DNA of 64,000 nt, from the NCBI GenBank assembly GCA_012744375.1, contig JAAYCD010000093.1:226-64225 (forward strand), in the 5' to 3' direction. Positions within the stretch are counted from its first letter, which is position 1. Each line of letters opens with the position of its first letter. A program made the translations under genes and the position numbers. Under the pieces are notes generated by a model that was not told where the DNA came from, made no database searches, and worked only from the letters and a program-made list of their open reading frames with translations. The DNA is from Erysipelotrichaceae bacterium. Lineage in GTDB: Bacteria > Bacillota_I > Bacilli_A > RFN20 > CAG-826. Of the stretch, positions 60,243 to 64,000 are shown piece after piece.

Positions 60243-60974
60243 ATGAAAATATTCGGGACGTGTGCATATAAAGGCACAAATTATTATGGCTGGCAAAAGC
60301 AAGTAAATCACATCAGTGTTCAAGGCACTATCGAAGAAGCTTTATCGCAAATTTATAATACTAAAATTACCATTATCGGCAGTGGTAGAACTGATGCAGG
60401 AACGCACGCCATTAAGCAATGTTTTCACTACGAGACTGATAAAGAAAAAGACTTAGAACAACTTGCTTATGCATTAAATAAAATTCTCCCCGAAGACATA
60501 AAAATTCATGGTTTGTCTTTGGTTGATGATTGTTTTCATGCGCGCTATTCTGCAAAAAGAAAAGTGTATGAATACCAGATTGCTTTAACTAATAAAGACC
60601 CCTTTATTTTCGATGCCGCATACATTTATCCTTATGAATTTAATCTCTTGGTATTTAAAGAAGCACTAATGCTCTTCTTGGGCGAACACAACTTTCAAGA
60701 TTTCACTTCAAAAGAAATTGACGAAGATAATTTTGTTAGAACTATTTATGATATTAAAATTGAACAAAACGACAATATTATTAAAGTAACTTTTGAGGGC
60801 AATGGCTTTATGCGCTATCAAATTAGAAACATGGTTGGTACTGCGCTAGTCATTGCAAGCAACAAAGAAAGAATTGATTTTATTGTCTCACATTTAGATA
60901 GTAATAAAATTCGTTCTATCGTCGCTTATAAGGCCCCTGCCAATGGTCTATATTTGGTTGACGTAAGATATTAA
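60243..60974 (+). CDS. truA: tRNA pseudouridine(38-40) synthase
   Basis: GSGRTDAGTHA catalytic-Asp motif; position after ecfT as in Bacillus. Confidence 0.85.
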   Translation: MKIFGTCAYKGTNYYGWQKQVNHISVQGTIEEALSQIYNTKITIIGSGRTDAGTHAIKQCFHYETDKEKDLEQLAYALNKILPEDIKIHGLSLVDDCFHARYSAKRKVYEYQIALTNKDPFIFDAAYIYPYEFNLLVFKEALMLFLGEHNFQDFTSKEIDEDNFVRTIYDIKIEQNDNIIKVTFEGNGFMRYQIRNMVGTALVIASNKERIDFIVSHLDSNKIRSIVAYKAPANGLYLVDVRY

Positions 60975-61108
60975 TATTTTCTTATTTAATAAATCACTTA
61001 CTTTGTAATCATACAAAAAAATATGCGTTTTAATGATATTTTTGTTCAATATTACTCTTACGCGTGGTAATATTTTGACGCACAATAGTATAAGGAGTTT
61101 ATATTTTT

Positions 61109-61813
61109 ATGGGTAGAGCACACGAAGTAAGAGCCAAATCAATGGCTATTACGGCAGCAAAAAAATCAGCCCTCTTTATGAGAGCAAGTAAAGAAATTTA
61201 TATGGCGGCTAAATCTGGTGTTCCTGACCCAGAAATGAATTTAGCATTGCGTTCCGCGATAGAAAAATGGCGCGGTCAAAATGTTACCAAAGATGTTATT
61301 GAAAGAGCCATTCAAAAAGCAAAAGGCGGTTCAGCTGAGAGCTATGCTGAAGGTCGTTATGAAGCCTTTGGTCCAGGCGGTTCCCTCTTCATCATTGATA
61401 CATTGACCGATAATTCCAATCGCGCTTTTATTGATATTAGAACAGCATTTACAAAAAAGGGTGGTCACTTGGGTGCAACATTATTTAATTTTACCCAAGT
61501 TGGTTTATTTGTTTTCAAAGGTAACAATCGCGACGAAGTTGAAGAAAATTTGATACTTTCTGACGTCGATGTTAGAGAAGTAAATGCCAGTGATAATCAT
61601 GTCGAAGTATTGGTAGAACCATCTGCCTTTGCCGCAGCAAGAGAAGTTTTAGGAGGTATGGGTATTTCAGAATTTGAAACCGCAGAAATTACCTTTTTGC
61701 CAAACGATCCTATTGACCTCATTGACGCAGAAGAAAAGCGTTTATTCAACGAATTATGCGATGTTTTGGATGAACTCCAAGATGTGCAAAACGTCTATCA
61801 TAACGTCAAATAG
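61109..61813 (+). CDS. YebC/PmpR-family (DUF28) probable transcriptional regulator, YeeN-like paralog
   Basis: N-terminus MGRAHEVRAKSMAITAAKKSALFMRASKEIYMAAKSG; 234 aa. Confidence 0.65.
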   Translation: MGRAHEVRAKSMAITAAKKSALFMRASKEIYMAAKSGVPDPEMNLALRSAIEKWRGQNVTKDVIERAIQKAKGGSAESYAEGRYEAFGPGGSLFIIDTLTDNSNRAFIDIRTAFTKKGGHLGATLFNFTQVGLFVFKGNNRDEVEENLILSDVDVREVNASDNHVEVLVEPSAFAAAREVLGGMGISEFETAEITFLPNDPIDLIDAEEKRLFNELCDVLDELQDVQNVYHNVK

Positions 61814-62033
61814 AAATTAACCTATTATTTTACAAAAGCCAGTCAGTAAAACGATTGGTTTTTTTGTTGTTTTTTACTTAAAAACAATTGTAATTATTCC
61901 GCCATATTTTATTTATTTAAATAATCATTTGACATCCGGACTTTAAACACGTAATATTTTTATCGGCACAAAAGCTAAATTAGCGAAGTCCCCGGTAAGG
62001 AAAAAGTTAGTTTGGTAAAGGAGGATTTAAGTT

Positions 62034-62474
62034 ATGCAACGTCAAACTACTATTGCAAAAACAAACGAAATCCAAAGAAAATGGTATGTCGTGGATGCCG
62101 CAGACAAGCCATTAGGAAGATTAGCCACCCAAGTTGCCCAAATTTTAATTGGCAAGAATAAACCAATTTGGACACCTAACGTTGATTGCGGTGACTATGT
62201 TATTATTATCAATGCTGAAAAAGTTTCACTTTCCGGCGACAAACTTAATAACAAAAAATACTACAATGTTTCTGGTTACAACGGCGGCTTGCGTGTTCGT
62301 ACCGCAGGCACAATGATTGAAAAATATCCAGTTGAGATGCTCGAACGCTGCCTTCATGGTATGATGCCAAAAGGTCGCTTAGGTCGTCAAATGATAAAGA
62401 AACTCTTTGTCTACGCTGGCCCAGAACACAAAAATGCAGCTCAAAAACCTGAAGTTCTTGAGCTCAAATTCTAG
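62034..62474 (+). CDS. rplM: 50S ribosomal protein L13
   Basis: [22 protein letters not shown] conserved. Confidence 0.9.
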   Translation: MQRQTTIAKTNEIQRKWYVVDAADKPLGRLATQVAQILIGKNKPIWTPNVDCGDYVIIINAEKVSLSGDKLNNKKYYNVSGYNGGLRVRTAGTMIEKYPVEMLERCLHGMMPKGRLGRQMIKKLFVYAGPEHKNAAQKPEVLELKF

Positions 62475-62485
62475 GAGGTCTTGGT

Positions 62486-62884
62486 ATGGCAAAGAAAACT
62501 GATCTTCAATATTACGGCACAGGTAAGAGAAAATCTTCCATTGCTCGCGTTTATGTCACTGCTGGCACTGGCAAAATCATTGTTAATGATCGTCCAGTCG
62601 ATGAGTACATGCCTTATGCGACATTGGTTCTCGATTTAAAACAACCATTGGTTTTAACAGGTACTGAAAATAAATACGATGTACGTGCTGAAGTCAAAGG
62701 TGGTGGTTTCACCGGTCAAGCTGGTGCAATCCGTTTAGGTATCACAAGAGCGTTACTCGAAGCAGGTTGCGACCGCGCAGTCTTAAAAGCTGCAGGCATG
62801 ATCACTCGTGACTCCCGCAAAAAAGAACGTAAGAAATACGGTCTCAAAGCGGCACGTAGAGCCCCACAATTCAGCAAACGTTAA
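62486..62884 (+). CDS. rpsI: 30S ribosomal protein S9
   Basis: [14 protein letters not shown]... conserved; C-terminal ...[23 protein letters not shown]. Confidence 0.9.
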   Translation: MAKKTDLQYYGTGKRKSSIARVYVTAGTGKIIVNDRPVDEYMPYATLVLDLKQPLVLTGTENKYDVRAEVKGGGFTGQAGAIRLGITRALLEAGCDRAVLKAAGMITRDSRKKERKKYGLKAARRAPQFSKR

Positions 62885-62917
62885 TCGTTTCTGTTTCTCA
62901 ACATTATCAAGTACAAG

Positions 62918-62945
62918 AAAAGGAAGCCTAAACTTCCTTTTTTTC
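62918..62945 (+). terminator. Rho-independent terminator after rpsI
   Basis: aaAGGAAGcctaaaCTTCCTttttttt. Confidence 0.75.
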
Positions 62946-63024
62946 TTGTAAAAAAGCCTGTAAAAAAACGTTGATTTTGCTATATCGTTGTTGTATATTA
63001 TTAGCGCTGTCTTGGAAAAGAAGC

Positions 63025-63101
63025 GGGCCCATAGCTCAGTTGGTTAGAGCGCGCCCCTGATAAGGGCGAGGTCGATAGTTCAAATCTATTTGGGCCCACC
63101 A
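63025..63101 (+). tRNA. tRNA-Ile (anticodon GAT), CCA-encoded
   Basis: GGGCCCA acceptor paired with TGGGCCC; anticodon loop cCTGATAAg; T-loop GTTCAAATC; 77 nt ending ACCA. Confidence 0.8.
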
Positions 63102-63310
63102 AAGTAAGCTAAACAAGGAACCACATACTTGTGGTTCTTTTTGTTGATAGCAGCGCAATAACGCCAATAATTTTTATATAAGTAACATCTCGAAAAACTT
63201 ATATAAACAAGCAAATAGTGCTGTTGGTCGGCAGTGTGCAACGCTAATAATGGTTCTTTTTTACTTTTTATTGATAAATAACATTGAGTTTGTTATATTA
63301 TTTAGGCGCT

Positions 63311-63385
63311 GGAGACTTAGTTCAGCGGGAGAACGCTTCCTTCACACGGAAGAGGTCGTAGGTTCGATCCCTACAGTGTCCACCA
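63311..63385 (+). tRNA. tRNA-Val (anticodon CAC), CCA-encoded
   Basis: Cloverleaf: D-stem GTTC/GAAC, anticodon stem CTTCC/GGAAG with loop TTCACAC, T-arm GTAGG-TTCGATC-CCTAC. One G-G mismatch in the acceptor stem (positions 4-69). Confidence 0.6.
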
Positions 63386-63390
63386 TATTT

Positions 63391-63466
63391 GCCGTCTTAG
63401 CTCAATTGGCAGAGCAGTTGATTTGTAATCATCAGGTTGTTGGTTCGATTCCGATAGACGGCACCA
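63391..63466 (+). tRNA. tRNA-Thr (anticodon TGT), CCA-encoded
   Basis: Acceptor GCCGTCT/AGACGGC perfectly paired; D-arm GCTC-AATTGGCA-GAGC; anticodon loop TTTGTAA; one U-U mismatch in the anticodon stem. Lies 5 nt after tRNA-Val. Confidence 0.6.
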
Positions 63467-63478
63467 GCCAATTAATTA

Positions 63479-63506
63479 CCTAGTTTTACTAGGTTTTTTA
63501 TTTTTT
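63479..63506 (+). terminator. Rho-independent terminator after the tRNA cluster
   Basis: CCTAGttttaCTAGG followed by a T-run. Confidence 0.6.
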
Positions 63507-63893
63507 CAACATTTTTGAGCACATAATAATAAATTATAAAACTATTGTCATTATGGCATATTGTTATAAATTTGATTGATTAGAAATTTTTCTTTTTCAT
63601 AAATTACAAAACAAAAAAATCAAACGGGGTGGTTTGCACGATTGAAAGTTTTTTCCTTCGATTGGTTGATTCAAGAGCTAAGATTAATAACAATCAGAAG
63701 TTCAGAGTTCAAGAATGAAGCGAAGCGAAGAATTAAACATTGTGTTTTGTATTTTGTTTATTAAGAGAACGTGGTCACAAAAATGTAGGAAAGAACAAAA
63801 ACACGATAAACCATTTAGGAATCATAAGTGAAATATTTATTTAATAATAAATCGGAATGTATTAAAATACTTTGTGGCCCTTCAATAAGGTAT

Positions 63894-63917
63894 GGTTCGA
63901 ACCGATAGACGGCACCA
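63894..63917 (+). repeat. Duplicated 3' half (T-arm plus acceptor plus CCA) of tRNA-Thr; att-site-like direct repeat
   Basis: GGTTCGAaCCGATAGACGGCACCA matches 23 of the last 24 nt of the intact tRNA-Thr (63443-63466: GGTTCGATTCCGATAGACGGCACCA, one base shorter in the T-loop). No 5' half is present. Confidence 0.6.
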
Positions 63918-63956
63918 AACCGTAAACTAGTGGAGGCGGCCTCTGTTTCATTTTAT

Positions 63957-64000
63957 GCGCCTATGGCGGAACTGGCAGACGCGCTAGACTTAGGATCTAG
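63957..64000 (+). tRNA. tRNA-Leu (anticodon TAG), 5' portion only; truncated by the window end
   Basis: GCGCCTATGGCGGAACTGGCAGACGCGCTAGACTTAGGATCTAG: class-II D-arm and anticodon stem-loop CTAGA-CTTAGGA-TCTAG. Confidence 0.55.

Overview
Low-GC Firmicute-type chromosomal segment, probably Erysipelotrichia- or Mollicutes-related, using the standard genetic code. It is almost entirely coding and I see no CRISPR array, IS element or transposase. From start to end: a partial GPH sugar symporter, an orphan Sfp-type PPTase, malQ and a metallophosphoesterase lipoprotein with a coupled membrane protein. Then bioY, a large CotH-family surface lipoprotein with a CBM-like C-terminus, and a tightly coupled SWIM zinc-finger plus SNF2-helicase gene pair (YwqB/YwqA-like). 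Next come a sugar kinase / Gfo-Idh-MocA oxidoreductase / HAD-IIA cluster, a divergent glycerophosphodiesterase-MFS pair, pepT, a minimal kinase-like ORF, a nitroreductase and a GH43-like hydrolase. The queuosine genes tgt-queA-queH sit directly upstream of a complete S10-spc-alpha ribosomal superoperon (rpsJ to rplQ, including secY, adk, map, infA, rpmJ and rpoA, with no rpmD). Several ribosomal proteins (L22, L5, S5, L3, S17, L23) carry Ala/Lys/Pro-, Arg- or acid-rich terminal extensions. Between rplQ and the ecfA1-ecfA2-ecfT-truA-(yebC-like)-rplM-rpsI block there is a fermentative redox block: gpsA, an Fe-S enoate-reductase-type flavoprotein, rex-adhE and a trimeric HydABC-type [FeFe] hydrogenase. 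After it come cysS, a CPA2 antiporter, mgtC, rlmB and a sigH-like sigma factor. The window ends in a tRNA cluster (Ile, Val, Thr, partial Leu) with a duplicated 3' half of tRNA-Thr about 430 bp downstream of the intact gene, which looks like an att-site footprint. The best candidates for uncharacterised biology are the SWIM/SNF2 pair, the CotH-CBM lipoprotein, the mini kinase-like ORF, the ribosomal-protein extensions and the tRNA-Thr repeat. None of these is a demonstrable new system from sequence alone.
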